Of a stretch of 64,000 bases of DNA, positions 35,349-44,718 are shown one piece after another. The DNA is from a virus. The stretch is from positions 64,001 to 128,000 of the IMG/VR virus record IMGVR_UViG_3300025018_000101. One strand, 5' to 3'. Both the position numbers and the translations under genes were made by a program. Numbering within the stretch: position 1 is the first letter of the stretch; the number at the start of each line of letters is the position of its first letter. The notes under the pieces are model-generated. The model did not search any database, was not told where the DNA came from, and saw only the letters and a list, made by a program, of their open reading frames with translations.

Positions 35349-37040
35349 ATGCGTCAGTGGCGGAGCCTACATCTACCGGGACTGATCCCGGACTGGCTGC
35401 CGCCGGGCGTCCGAGGGCTCAACACCTACGTCCTGGAGCCGATCGACGAGGTCCTGCATCTCCTCGGTGAGGCGCTCCGGATCGTGTCCCTGGCGCTGGT
35501 CCTCCTCGAGGATCCTCTCGTTGCCGCCATCAACCTGGTGCTCGCCGAACTCCAGGACCTGATCGACTCCTTCGTCGCCCTGTACGGTGTCCACGTCCTC
35601 TTCATGCCCGCCATCAGCGGCACCCCCGCCACCATCCTGTCCAACATGCTCGAGCTGGCCCCCGAGGGCGGCTCCACAGGCACACGCGCATGGTACGACG
35701 CCTTCACCAGCAGCGTGTACGACGACGGCGACATCCATCGGCCAGACTACCCCGACGACCACTACGTGGTGTCTGCCACGTTGATGTTCGGCGTCAAGGG
35801 CCTCGGCAACCTCCTGCGCCTGCTGACCCTGCTCCGCCGGCTCTTCGGCCGCCTCACCCCCTACAGCTTCGATGACGACGCGCTCCCCGTGCCCCAGAAC
35901 CTGCGCCTGCGCGGACTGACCGCCAATGCTTCCAGGACCGACGGAACGACAGCCGAGGACGTGGTGTGGATCGCTGGCCAGGACGCGGCTGGAGGACTGA
36001 CCGCCTACCTCAAGTGGGACGCGCCCTCGACCATCAGTGAGGCCATCCGGCTGTTCAAGGGGGCGACGGCGCGCGTCGTCGCCACGCGCCTGTACATCCG
36101 GTCTGACCGCCCCTTCGAGGTCACCGACGCGGATGAGGAGCTCTCGGCGCACGAGGTGTGGTCGACGACCTCGCCAGCGTTCGACGACTTCAAGCTCGTA
36201 CGCGTTGACCCGGAGACGGTGTACTACGCCGCGGTGGGGTTTGACGCGGAGGTTCAGGTCGAGGGGGGGACCCCAGAGGAGGTCGAGATCCTGTCGCACT
36301 ACGCAGCCTCGAACAGCGTCACGCTGCGGGCGCCAGTGAAGTCCGCCAGACGCCGTACAGGCCCCACAGGCACGCCTCCGGACTGGGTGAGCCTGCAGTC
36401 ATCACTCGACATCTTCCCGGGCCTCAGGGAGGCCGTCACGGCGCTCCGCGACCTCGTTGAGGACATGAAGCAGGACCTCGTCACGTCGTCGTTCGATGAC
36501 CTGCAGGAGGCCATAGCGCTCATCCAGGAGTACGCGACCTTCTACAGGAAGCGGGTGCAGGCCATTGAGGCATTCGTCGACCAGTTCTCGCGCGTCCTCG
36601 AGGCGTTGAACCACTTCGACCTGTACCTGTACCTGTTCGGAGGCGTGGGCGGGACGGAGCTGCTCGTCGGCGAGATGCAGGAGGCCCTGTTCGCACCGGA
36701 CACGCAGAACAAGCCCCCGTTCGACTCTGTGGACGACTACGTGGCGTCGGTCACGCTGGTCGCCGCGGCGCGGGAGCCCGCCCCGGTGCAGGCTACCATC
36801 AACGTCCTCCAGGCCCTGTTCGGGTACACCCCCTCGGATACCTCGCTGCTGGATCTGGCAAGGCAGGCTGCCACTTCGGTAGCGCCTAACTCTACTGCCG
36901 ACGGCGAGGACCCTGCCCCTGTCGCCGGGGCGCCTACGACGCAGGCGCTGATCGACGCTGCGGCCGCAATGATCGACGAGGAAGCCGACGCCGTCCTGCG
37001 CGAACTGTCGGAGCGACAGCTCGCGGGTACGCCGGCATGA
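35349..37040 (+). CDS. Hypothetical baseplate-associated protein
   Basis: GAGGAG before ATG 35349; 563 aa; follows the spike gene. Confidence 0.65.
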   Translation: MRQWRSLHLPGLIPDWLPPGVRGLNTYVLEPIDEVLHLLGEALRIVSLALVLLEDPLVAAINLVLAELQDLIDSFVALYGVHVLFMPAISGTPATILSNMLELAPEGGSTGTRAWYDAFTSSVYDDGDIHRPDYPDDHYVVSATLMFGVKGLGNLLRLLTLLRRLFGRLTPYSFDDDALPVPQNLRLRGLTANASRTDGTTAEDVVWIAGQDAAGGLTAYLKWDAPSTISEAIRLFKGATARVVATRLYIRSDRPFEVTDADEELSAHEVWSTTSPAFDDFKLVRVDPETVYYAAVGFDAEVQVEGGTPEEVEILSHYAASNSVTLRAPVKSARRRTGPTGTPPDWVSLQSSLDIFPGLREAVTALRDLVEDMKQDLVTSSFDDLQEAIALIQEYATFYRKRVQAIEAFVDQFSRVLEALNHFDLYLYLFGGVGGTELLVGEMQEALFAPDTQNKPPFDSVDDYVASVTLVAAAREPAPVQATINVLQALFGYTPSDTSLLDLARQAATSVAPNSTADGEDPAPVAGAPTTQALIDAAAAMIDEEADAVLRELSERQLAGTPA

Positions 37041-37262
37041 CAATTTTACAGCGAGGCTGTATCATGTCCAACAGCGGACTGTGGGGCAACGCGCACGTGG
37101 AGGTACGCGCTATGCTGGCTCATAGCAGTGACCAGCTCCAGAGGGTCAAGGCGTGCTTTGACGCAACCGCGGCGTCCGACGCGCGCATCCAGGCCCGGGC
37201 AGGTCACATTGAGGACCAGGTGGCCCTCGACAACGAGGATGACAACCCGGAGGAGTCATCAG

Positions 37263-37757
37263 ATGCCGACCGACAACACCGTCGACCCTCGGGTGGAGCT
37301 CCTCCTGGAGCGGAAGATCGCGGCGCTGCACCGCGAGCTATCCCTCGAGCTCAAGGAGGGAGTCGCCGAGCTCAAGGCCATGATCGGCCGCCAGACGGAC
37401 CAGGGACACGACCTGGTCTTGTCCAGCGAAAAGGCCCTGCAGCGCCATCGGGACCTCGAGGCGACGATCCTTCGGCTCGAGTCCCTGGTGCGTGGGGGCG
37501 GAAGTGACGCTCTCACTACGCGCGTCGACGACCTGCACGCTCGACTCCGGAAGGTCGAGACTGAGGGCGAATCCTGCCCCGTCGCGACACCTCACCGGCC
37601 CTCGGCGGCCCCTAGCCTCGCCTCGACCTCGGGGCAGGAACTGGTGCCTGTCACGCTGGCGGGCATCGACTCCAGGACGAAAGTCATCGTGGCCGCTGTG
37701 ACCCTGGGGTTCCCTGTCGTGTTGGAGGTCGTCCGCTGGCTGGTCTCCCGGGCCTAA
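37263..37757 (+). CDS. Coiled-coil protein with C-terminal transmembrane helix (holin/XhlA-like)
   Basis: AGGAG RBS; VIVAAVTLGFPVVLEVVRWLV; abuts the endolysin. Confidence 0.55.
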   Translation: MPTDNTVDPRVELLLERKIAALHRELSLELKEGVAELKAMIGRQTDQGHDLVLSSEKALQRHRDLEATILRLESLVRGGGSDALTTRVDDLHARLRKVETEGESCPVATPHRPSAAPSLASTSGQELVPVTLAGIDSRTKVIVAAVTLGFPVVLEVVRWLVSRA

Positions 37758-38740
37758 GCCACCGGGTTCCCGCAGTTCGTCCCGCCGAAGATGTCCTCCC
37801 ACCACAGCCCGATATCGCCCTTCTGGGCCGAAACGTGATGGTGGCCGAACACGCCTCGTCCCTTGGCGTCCCCGTCCCTGACCGCGACGCCGTACGCCGG
37901 GGCGTGATCGACCAGCCCAGACGGCTGTCGCGGTGACTGAAACGGGATGTCGAACAGAAGGCAGAGATCCTTCACGTAGGTCCGCACCGTCCGCGCCGTC
38001 TGCGGGTCGAGCGTCAACAGTCCGAAGCTCGAGGTCAGCCTCTGCGTCGGGTCAGACTTGCGGATCGCCACGTCCAGGCCGTCCCTGCGGTACAGGTTGA
38101 GGTAGCCCTCCGGGGCCTCCCGGTGCCCCGCCACAGGCTGCTGGCAGATGTCGACGCCGATGGTCGACGCGTTCACCGCGCCCGCGTGCCAGGCGACGTG
38201 ATTCAGGTCCAGCCACTGGTAGACCGACCCGCCGGAGATGCCCGCGTGGCTCGAGTGCCCGGCGTTGGCCAGGCTGTCCCGACAGTGCCGAGGCGTGATG
38301 CCACCCCAGTGCAGCAGGATGGCCGTCGGTGTGCGGTGGGTGGACCGCGCCCATCCACCTCCGCGGTGGAGGTCCAGGCCCCCCAGGTCCTCCCACGTCA
38401 AGATGTGCAGGTCGGGCGACGTCGCCCGGATGCGCCTGTTCCCCACGATGTGATAGGGCTCGTGGTCAGCGACGAAGTCGTAGGTCTTGCACATGGCCGC
38501 CCACGTCGCTCGGCCGAGCTTACCGTCCACCACGGAGAAGCCCGTGGACGCCTGGAAGGCACGAACTGCCTTGGCAAAGGCCGCCGCCTGCCCGTCCTTG
38601 ACGGACCAGGGATCCCCGCCCAGTCCTGGGTACTCCTCGACGGCCTGTGGCCAGATCTTGCCAGCCCACCCCAACTCCGTCGACGCCCGCTTGTTGAAGG
38701 CGACGGCCGACGCCGACGCCAGGGATGCGGTCTCACTCAT
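37754..38740 (-). CDS. Endolysin: peptidoglycan-binding domain + N-acetylmuramoyl-L-alanine amidase (Amidase_2-like)
   Basis: AVRAFQASTGFSVVDGKLGRATW; AILLHW, SSHAG, VAWHAGAVNASTIGVDI, VFGHHHVSAQKGD. Confidence 0.88.
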   Translation of the reverse strand: MSETASLASASAVAFNKRASTELGWAGKIWPQAVEEYPGLGGDPWSVKDGQAAAFAKAVRAFQASTGFSVVDGKLGRATWAAMCKTYDFVADHEPYHIVGNRRIRATSPDLHILTWEDLGGLDLHRGGGWARSTHRTPTAILLHWGGITPRHCRDSLANAGHSSHAGISGGSVYQWLDLNHVAWHAGAVNASTIGVDICQQPVAGHREAPEGYLNLYRRDGLDVAIRKSDPTQRLTSSFGLLTLDPQTARTVRTYVKDLCLLFDIPFQSPRQPSGLVDHAPAYGVAVRDGDAKGRGVFGHHHVSAQKGDIGLWWEDIFGGTNCGNPVA

Positions 38741-39149
38741 CGTCGTCCCCCGCGGGCGCGGGGGCGCCCTCTTCGGCGACCTCGCCCCCGGCGTTGATCG
38801 GGTCGTACTGCAGGGCCCAGTCACCGCCCGCCGATGCCTCGCCGATCCTACCGTTGTCGAGGTTGTCCCTGTAGGCCGCAGCGATCTCCGACAGCGCCAC
38901 CGAAGCCCCCGTGGCGGCCGAGACCCCCACCAGCTCCAGGCGCCCGGCCACCGGGTTGAACTGGATGCGGATGTCGTTCGCCTGCATCCCTGCCGTCTCG
39001 GCGCACTCCGCGAGGAACTGCTCGATCTGGGCGGACACGCCCAGTGGAACGTCCGCGGCCGCCATCAGGTCCTGCATCAGCCGCCGGAGGCTGGTCCGGT
39101 ACACAGTCGGCCGGTCATCCAGCCGCAGACCCTTCGTCATCGTCGCCAT
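38733..39149 (-). CDS. Hypothetical protein
   Basis: 138-aa ORF overlapping neighbours in operon fashion. Confidence 0.7.
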   Translation of the reverse strand: MATMTKGLRLDDRPTVYRTSLRRLMQDLMAAADVPLGVSAQIEQFLAECAETAGMQANDIRIQFNPVAGRLELVGVSAATGASVALSEIAAAYRDNLDNGRIGEASAGGDWALQYDPINAGGEVAEEGAPAPAGDDDE

Positions 39150-39510
39150 GAGGCGTCCTCAGGTAGTGAGAGTTCAGGATGAGGCGGTACTTCAGATGCT
39201 GCTCCGCAGGCACCGCCTGGAAGAAGGAGGCGTTGTCACGGCGCTCCTCCGCGATGAGGCCCAGGTGCACCGATCGCGCGAGCACCACGAGGACGCGCCG
39301 CTGGTCCCAGACGGACGTCGCCCCTGTAGGGCTACGCCAGGTCGGCATGGCGCCATCGGTCTTGACGGGTTCGGACGCCAGCGCCGCCTCCAACAGTCGA
39401 CCGATCGGCACCCAGCCGTCAGGATGGCCGCCCTGAGCACCCGTAAGCGCCAGGTACACACGGTCGTAGTCCGGGTTCTCTACGTAGATGCGGCAGCGTG
39501 GCTCGACCAT
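39115..39510 (-). CDS. Hypothetical protein
   Basis: GAGGGG RBS; downstream of a promoter-like motif. Confidence 0.65.
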   Translation of the reverse strand: MVEPRCRIYVENPDYDRVYLALTGAQGGHPDGWVPIGRLLEAALASEPVKTDGAMPTWRSPTGATSVWDQRRVLVVLARSVHLGLIAEERRDNASFFQAVPAEQHLKYRLILNSHYLRTPHGDDDEGSAAG

Positions 39511-39541
39511 GGTCACCCCTCAAGGTAGTCGGTGCGTACAC

Positions 39542-39570
39542 CTCCTACCACGTACCCTACGCCGAGTCAA
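39542..39570 (-). promoter_or_regulatory. Possible promoter TTGACT-N17-TAGGAG with TG extension
   Basis: Directly after the terminator; resembles the motif at 52529-52557. Confidence 0.45.
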
Positions 39571-39577
39571 CGCTATC

Positions 39578-39614
39578 TAAAGAGAGCGCCCCGGGGTAAC
39601 CCCGGGGCGCTCTC
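39578..39614 (-). terminator. Intrinsic terminator-like hairpin
   Basis: Perfect 15 bp stem (39582-39596 / 39600-39614), 3 nt loop, followed by TTT on the - strand. Confidence 0.7.
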
Positions 39615-39622
39615 ACGGGAGG

Positions 39623-39676
39623 CTACCCGACGAAGAAGTCGAGCAGCCTCACGAAAACCAATCGGATGAGCTTCAT
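39623..39676 (-). CDS. 17-aa hydrophobic/amphipathic peptide MKLIRLVFVRLLDFFVG
   Basis: AGGGGGAG RBS upstream; hairpin further upstream; terminator 8 nt downstream. Confidence 0.5.
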   Translation of the reverse strand: MKLIRLVFVRLLDFFVG

Positions 39677-39790
39677 AGCGCTCTCCCCCTGGTTGTGCCC
39701 GGCCATGAGCCGGGCGTTGAGTATCGAGCGAGCAGTTTGCCTGCCCGCTCAATGTCTTATGCCTGCGTCGGGCTGCGAACCCAGACAGGA

Positions 39791-39985
39791 CTACAGGGTC
39801 CCGACCATGCGCTCGATATCGCGCATCGCGTCCCTGGCTGCGTCATAGCGCTTCATGGCCGCACTGTAGTCCTTGTGGGTGGAGGGGCTCGACGCGACGT
39901 CGCGGAGCTCGTCGGCCGCCTCAATGAACTCCAGCACGACTGCGGTGGACGGGGAGACGTGCTTCAGGTCAGAGACGGAGTACAC
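39791..39985 (-). CDS. Small hypothetical protein (64 aa)
   Basis: GAGG-N6-GTG just after the upstream stop. Confidence 0.6.
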   Translation of the reverse strand: MYSVSDLKHVSPSTAVVLEFIEAADELRDVASSPSTHKDYSAAMKRYDAARDAMRDIERMVGTL

Positions 39986-39993
39986 GGCGTACC

Positions 39994-41295
39994 TCAGCGG
40001 GCGACGAGCACGTTGCGCTGGCGGCGCAGAACGTCGCCGTCGGTGGTCAAGCCCGTGGCCGAGGTGGCCACGGGGTCGGTGCCCTGGACGATGAAGAGGT
40101 AGTCGAGCACCAGGGCGGTGCCGTCCCAGTCGGCCAGGATGGCGTCGAGGGCCTCGGCGCACTCGCGGTCGGTGGGCCGCGCCGCCAGGGTGGACACCGT
40201 GGTCTCCGGCTTGCCGAAGACGTAGAAGAGCTGCGCCACCCCGAGGACGGTCACGAGGCAGACCGCGACGTGGACCTCGTCCCCGACGACGAGGAAGGCC
40301 GTGGTGTCGTCGGACGCGACCGCGTCCGCACCGCCGGCGAGCGCCGTGGCGGCCACCGCCGTCTGCGCCGTACCGCCGGACGCCGTCGACGCGTCGATGA
40401 GCGCGAACGCGTCGATGTTGAAGGCCGGGTCGGTGTTGTCGGTCAGCGCGGCCACGATGTCCGCGGCCGTCGTGGTGATGGCCCCGGCGACCTTCTCCAG
40501 CGTGATCGTGATCTCCGGGCCCGCGACGCCCGCCACCACCTCGATGGACAGGTCGGAGTCCACGTCGTTGGACTCGAGCTTGACGATGGCGATGTCGTCG
40601 CCGGCGACGCCATAGTCCCTGGCGGTGTAGAGCACGGCCTCGAGGGTCACGCTGGACCGTACCGCGATCACCGCGCCGTCCCCGAGCAGGATGTCCGTGT
40701 CGGCGCCGTCCAGCGCGGCCAGAGTGGTCGTCGTGACCGAGGTGTCCCCGAGATAGGCCACGGCCGCGCTGAAGTCCAGGTTGACCCGGTACGCATCGCC
40801 GCCGGTGGCGCCGGTGAAGGTGCTGACCGTGGTGCCCGTGGTGACCCCGATGGCCCCCGCGATGGCGCCCTCGCCGAGGGTCTGCTTCCGAGCAGCCTCG
40901 CCCACTGCGCTCAGACCGAAGGCCATCACGATCAGGTACGCCGGGCCCGCATCCATCGACTGGATCGTCAGGACGTCGTAACTGATCAGCTCCCTGCCGA
41001 CCGTCGAGTCCGACCAGGTGCCGATCAGGTCGGCCAGCGCGTCGTCCACGGACGTCAGGTTCGCCAGGCCCGCGAGCTTGAACAGCGGCTGGGCCGCCGT
41101 GTCCCCGTTGTAGTGGAACTGCAGCGCAAGAACGGGGTGGTAGTCACCGTTTTGCGCGACCGGGGCGTGGAGCGTGGTGCCCGACAGGCTGTAGCCCTCG
41201 GCCGCCTGGGCGTCCACGATGGCCTGAGCCGCGGCGGCCAGGTCCAGGACGTCCTTGATGCCGAGGACCTTGAGGCGGGGGTTCTGGGTGGCCAT
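39994..41295 (-). CDS. Putative virion structural protein sharing a module with the tail sheath
   Basis: AAGGAGG RBS; Ala/Thr/Val/Asp-rich; ITITLEKVAGAITTTAADIVAAL...LAGGAD. Confidence 0.7.
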   Translation of the reverse strand: MATQNPRLKVLGIKDVLDLAAAAQAIVDAQAAEGYSLSGTTLHAPVAQNGDYHPVLALQFHYNGDTAAQPLFKLAGLANLTSVDDALADLIGTWSDSTVGRELISYDVLTIQSMDAGPAYLIVMAFGLSAVGEAARKQTLGEGAIAGAIGVTTGTTVSTFTGATGGDAYRVNLDFSAAVAYLGDTSVTTTTLAALDGADTDILLGDGAVIAVRSSVTLEAVLYTARDYGVAGDDIAIVKLESNDVDSDLSIEVVAGVAGPEITITLEKVAGAITTTAADIVAALTDNTDPAFNIDAFALIDASTASGGTAQTAVAATALAGGADAVASDDTTAFLVVGDEVHVAVCLVTVLGVAQLFYVFGKPETTVSTLAARPTDRECAEALDAILADWDGTALVLDYLFIVQGTDPVATSATGLTTDGDVLRRQRNVLVAR

Positions 41296-41351
41296 GGGGC
41301 CCTCCTTGTGCAGATTGGATGGGACGTTGGACGCAGCACGGTCACTGCGGG

Positions 41352-41379
41352 ATTATACTTACCCCTACGCCCAGCGCAA
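41352..41379 (-). promoter_or_regulatory. Sigma70-like promoter TTGCGC-N16-TATAAT
   Basis: Perfect -10 hexamer; same -35 as at 19950. Confidence 0.65.
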
Positions 41380-41445
41380 GTCCACCCGTGCCGTCTAAAG
41401 GAGAGGGTTGCGAGCGCCGAAGCGCCCACAACCTCCTCGCGCCCG

Positions 41446-42483
41446 TCAGGGCGTCTCGGCGTCGAAGTCGGCGTCGACGTCGAACTCCGCGACGTCGAGG
41501 CCCTCGAGGGCCTCGACGTTGCCGCGGGCGACGTCGGAGAGCTTGAAGCCCTCCCCCCCGCCGAGGCGAGGTCCGAGCTCGGCGCGGTCGCGCCGCTCCC
41601 CCCACCACCGGCCCTCGAAGTCGAGGAACCGGTCGGCGGGGGGAGGCGCCCCGGCCGCGTCAGCCAGGAGCTTGCACAGCTCCAGCGCCTCGTCCGGGAG
41701 GCCGAAGACCCCCCAGATCTGCGCCGCGACGAACGCCGGGTCGCTCCGGTCGGAGACGACCAGGCGCCGAGGCCTGCGGACGTGGCGGCCGTCCGCCGTG
41801 ACCGTGTCGGTCATGTGGATGGCGAACGACGCGCCCTCCACGACCAGCGCGTCCGCCTCCTCCAGACGCGCCGACCGCGTCTTTCGGAGGTCGATGCGCG
41901 TGCTCCCGTCGTGGAGCACCCGCTCGACCTCACGGCCGATCCCGAGCCGATACCAGGACCGCACCGACCTCTTGGCCAGCACGGACACCTGGCGGTCCGA
42001 GCCGCCCGCCAGGGCCCACATCAGTCGGCCCTGCGTCAGGACCCCAGCCCTCGTGTGCAGGTAGCCGCTCTTTGCGGCCACCTCCAGGGACGTGGCGAGG
42101 TGGTAGAGGCCGTCCTCCTCGAGGACGGCCCCCTTGGCCCGGCGGAGGGCGCGGCCGTTCTTGACGAGCCAGGCCGGCGTGGCCTCGCTCAACGGCACCT
42201 CGACGACGCGGTTCGCCGTCTTCGACAGACGGACGACCGCAATGCCCGCGTCCGTCTCCTCGTTGACCGCGAAGATCATGCCGGGGCACAGGACCCCGCC
42301 GATCTCCCGGCCGCCGAGCAGGTCGACGAGCTGGACGCCGTCGGCCCCGGTGCGGCCGTCCCTCGTGCGGTACGCCCGCACGAGCCTGTAGTCGCGCTCG
42401 AGGCGCCAGGGCCCCAGCGCCAGGCTGGGGTCGGTGTTGTAGGTGGCCGCACTCGAAGGGGTCGGGACGGGGAGCAGTTCCAT
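41446..42483 (-). CDS. Hypothetical protein (345 aa)
   Basis: AGGAGG RBS; long ORF with typical codon usage. Confidence 0.75.
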   Translation of the reverse strand: MELLPVPTPSSAATYNTDPSLALGPWRLERDYRLVRAYRTRDGRTGADGVQLVDLLGGREIGGVLCPGMIFAVNEETDAGIAVVRLSKTANRVVEVPLSEATPAWLVKNGRALRRAKGAVLEEDGLYHLATSLEVAAKSGYLHTRAGVLTQGRLMWALAGGSDRQVSVLAKRSVRSWYRLGIGREVERVLHDGSTRIDLRKTRSARLEEADALVVEGASFAIHMTDTVTADGRHVRRPRRLVVSDRSDPAFVAAQIWGVFGLPDEALELCKLLADAAGAPPPADRFLDFEGRWWGERRDRAELGPRLGGGEGFKLSDVARGNVEALEGLDVAEFDVDADFDAETP

Positions 42484-42724
42484 AGGTCCTCCTGCAGCCC
42501 GCGTCTTGCGGGCGCTTCAAGGGGGTTGTGGGGCGCGCGGTCGCGTTTGGCGAGGCGCACCACCTTGTACCAACACTGCGGGAGGTGGAAGACTGCACTT
42601 GCTGGCCGTGCCCGGCCGTACCCCTAACTGCGCATATCGACTATTCAATGGCGCGTACTTTCCAGCCCGGACCACACGCGGTCGACAGACTTAGACCGAC
42701 ACGTGCGCCATATACTGCCGCCAT

Positions 42725-42982
42725 GGACCGTATCGAGGGTCCGTCTGTAGACACCGTCGAGCACGGGACTGACAGGCTTTGGAGTTTTAAACATCTAAAT
42801 ATCGATACGAGGGTGCGGCTGGGAGCGCCGTGCCACTCGGGCCCGGCGGTCTTAGACGCTCTAGAGAGGCAAAAACGGCATGTTTCGTCTCCGAAGGGCA
42901 CTTGCACCGCAGCGGTCTCTCCAGCGCATCAGGGTTTGGAAATGTGGAGTGCGTACACGCCGGCCTCCGCAGGCTATAGCGT
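42725..42982 (+). repeat. Non-coding element, copy A of a diverged inverted repeat pair
   Basis: Core 42878-42911 matches the reverse complement of 46693-46726 at 30/34; flanking blocks are colinear. Confidence 0.75.
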
Positions 42983-43106
42983 ACTCAACTGCCTTAATAC
43001 GCTGGCACATTTCGCGTCTAGAGGCGCTGCGCCATTCGCCGAAGCCCAGCAGCCACGTCGTACCCGGAGTCCGTAGGCTATGAGCATCCAAATGCCCATA
43101 TACGGA

Positions 43107-43149
43107 AGAGGCCGTTCTCCCTGGTATGCGCCCATGGGAGACGGCCTCT
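43107..43149. other. Long imperfect hairpin next to an AT-rich tract
   Basis: agaggccgttctccctgg...ccatgggagacggcctct followed by attatatact. Confidence 0.55.
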
Positions 43150-43267
43150 ATTATATACTCCTCTTCTTGAAACAGACTACCCCGTATCTCTCTTGTGCAT
43201 GCGTGACGTAAAGGTCAAGGAGGGAGGGCGTAGAAAGTTTCTTGCGGCGCGTGAATGGAGCGCGGCG

Positions 43268-43296
43268 TCGACAGGCAGTCGTGGCTGTGGTAGTGT
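43268..43296 (+). promoter_or_regulatory. Possible promoter TCGACA-N17-TAGTGT with TG extension
   Basis: Upstream of the + strand cassette. Confidence 0.4.
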
Positions 43297-43405
43297 ACCG
43301 GAGCCAGAGGAGCGCACGAAGACCGCGGTCTCCAGGCGCGCGAGGACTGTCAAGACCCAGTCGGAGACCTCGTGCTCGGCAATGATGTGGCAGGAGGGCT
43401 TGTCG

Positions 43406-43732
43406 ATGACTGTTACCCGCGGCACACTCAACCCGGTGCGTCAGACGGCGGTGGGAGGTGGAGGGGGCGGCGGAGGGCCTCCGGAGACCTTCGCCACCAT
43501 CGCCGCACTGCTCGCTCAGCACGCGGCCGCGCCGATCGCTGATGGCGCCGTCTGGGCGGTCTCCAGCGTCGACGCGGGGGACCCTGTCTACGGCACCGTG
43601 GGCGGGGGCGCGCTCGTTCCTGACCCCGTGCGCGCTTGGCTTGATCGCGGGGAGCGGTCGCTCCCCCTCGCGCGTCGCATCAGGCGACCCGTCTCTCTCG
43701 ACGTCGAACCCTCCGGGGTCGACTGGCTCTGA
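43406..43732 (+). CDS. Hypothetical protein with N-terminal tag MTVTRGTLNPVRQTA and poly-Gly linker
   Basis: AGGAGG RBS before ATG 43406. Confidence 0.7.
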   Translation: MTVTRGTLNPVRQTAVGGGGGGGGPPETFATIAALLAQHAAAPIADGAVWAVSSVDAGDPVYGTVGGGALVPDPVRAWLDRGERSLPLARRIRRPVSLDVEPSGVDWL

Positions 43733-43740
43733 GGATCATC

Positions 43741-44709
43741 ATGGCCCTGCCCCTCTTGACCTGGGACCAGACCGCGTGGGTCGTCGTCGGAGCGACGGAC
43801 CACACGACCTACCTCGACGCCATCGCCGCTGTCTTCGCGGCGTCCTCGACGTGGGAGCTCGCCGAGACGAGCACCTACTGGAGGTCGTTCAAGCCCACTG
43901 CGGGCTCGGCGATCCCGGATGCGCGTATCCTCGTCTTCTACGGCAACGGCCTGGCGGTGCCCCACGCGACGGCCCTCGGAGCCAGGACGTCCTCGGCCTC
44001 GAACCTCATGGCGTTTGTGGGCATCTCCCCCGACGCTGGCGCCACCGCGGCCGGCGACCCGACCGTTGGCGTGCCCTACGCGGGGAGGAGGTGGATCGGC
44101 TTCCACTCGTTCGACAAGCCCGCCACACGGGTGACCAACCAGATGTACGGCGTCCTCTCGGAGGAGGCGGTTGCCCTGTTCGTCCAGAAATCCTCGGTGG
44201 ACACCTCCTGGGGCAGCTTCGTCGTGGGCGCCCTGGGCGTGGCGCACGTCGACGACTCTGAGGCGGATGAGCGGCTTTGGATGGTGTACGGCTCAGGCGG
44301 GTCCGGCGGTGCGGACATTGTCACCACGTGGGCGGCATCGTCTCCCACCGCAGCGGCCGCCTTCCTGTCGAGCTACAGCGCGCCGTCGGCGACGTACAAC
44401 CAGCTTTACCTCGCAGATCCGGGTTCGCCCTCGACGGTCCGCTACTGCCACAAGCAGCAACAGCTCCCCCAGGTTGACGCGAACACCCTCGTCTCGACGA
44501 GCGGGAGGACGATCGTCCTTCCACTCAACTTCACCATCGAGTCAACGCCGAAGCGACACGGCGGCCATCTCCGCCAGATGGGGGTGGGGCCGAGTGCGGT
44601 GTGCCGGACGATCCTCCAGGACGCCACGTTAGCCGACAAAGGCATCGTGTTCGCCCCCTCGCTGGTCACGGCGTATCCGTGCCTGGTGTTCACCGCCGAC
44701 GCCATCTGA
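43741..44709 (+). CDS. Putative virion/tail-fibre-associated protein
   Basis: 322 aa, Ala/Ser/Thr/Trp-rich beta composition; GAGG RBS. Confidence 0.6.
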   Translation: MALPLLTWDQTAWVVVGATDHTTYLDAIAAVFAASSTWELAETSTYWRSFKPTAGSAIPDARILVFYGNGLAVPHATALGARTSSASNLMAFVGISPDAGATAAGDPTVGVPYAGRRWIGFHSFDKPATRVTNQMYGVLSEEAVALFVQKSSVDTSWGSFVVGALGVAHVDDSEADERLWMVYGSGGSGGADIVTTWAASSPTAAAAFLSSYSAPSATYNQLYLADPGSPSTVRYCHKQQQLPQVDANTLVSTSGRTIVLPLNFTIESTPKRHGGHLRQMGVGPSAVCRTILQDATLADKGIVFAPSLVTAYPCLVFTADAI

Positions 44710-44718
44710 GACGCCCGC

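Noticed and set aside
35219-35470. 83-aa ORF between the spike and 35349 genes
   Set aside because: Overlaps the next gene by ~120 bp and its second half looks out of frame; may be real but is not supportable.
29307-37040. Extracellular contractile injection system / tailocin / T6SS
   Set aside because: Capsid, protease and neck genes are present in the same gene cluster, so this is a phage tail.
37037-37507. ORF starting at 37037/37064
   Set aside because: First ~65 codons look plausible, but the remainder overlaps the 37263 gene by ~245 bp; left uncalled.
463-42627. Very long opposite-strand ORFs (463..3315, 4884..6731, 29298..31994, 40270..42627 and many shorter ones)
   Set aside because: Shadows of real genes in high-GC DNA: no motifs, no RBS, and Arg/Gly/His/Val-rich antisense composition.
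42528-43091. ORFs in the lower-GC region (e.g. 42528..43076)
   Set aside because: Atypical codon usage and no RBS; similarity to 46621-46879 includes single-base indels, so it is treated as non-coding.
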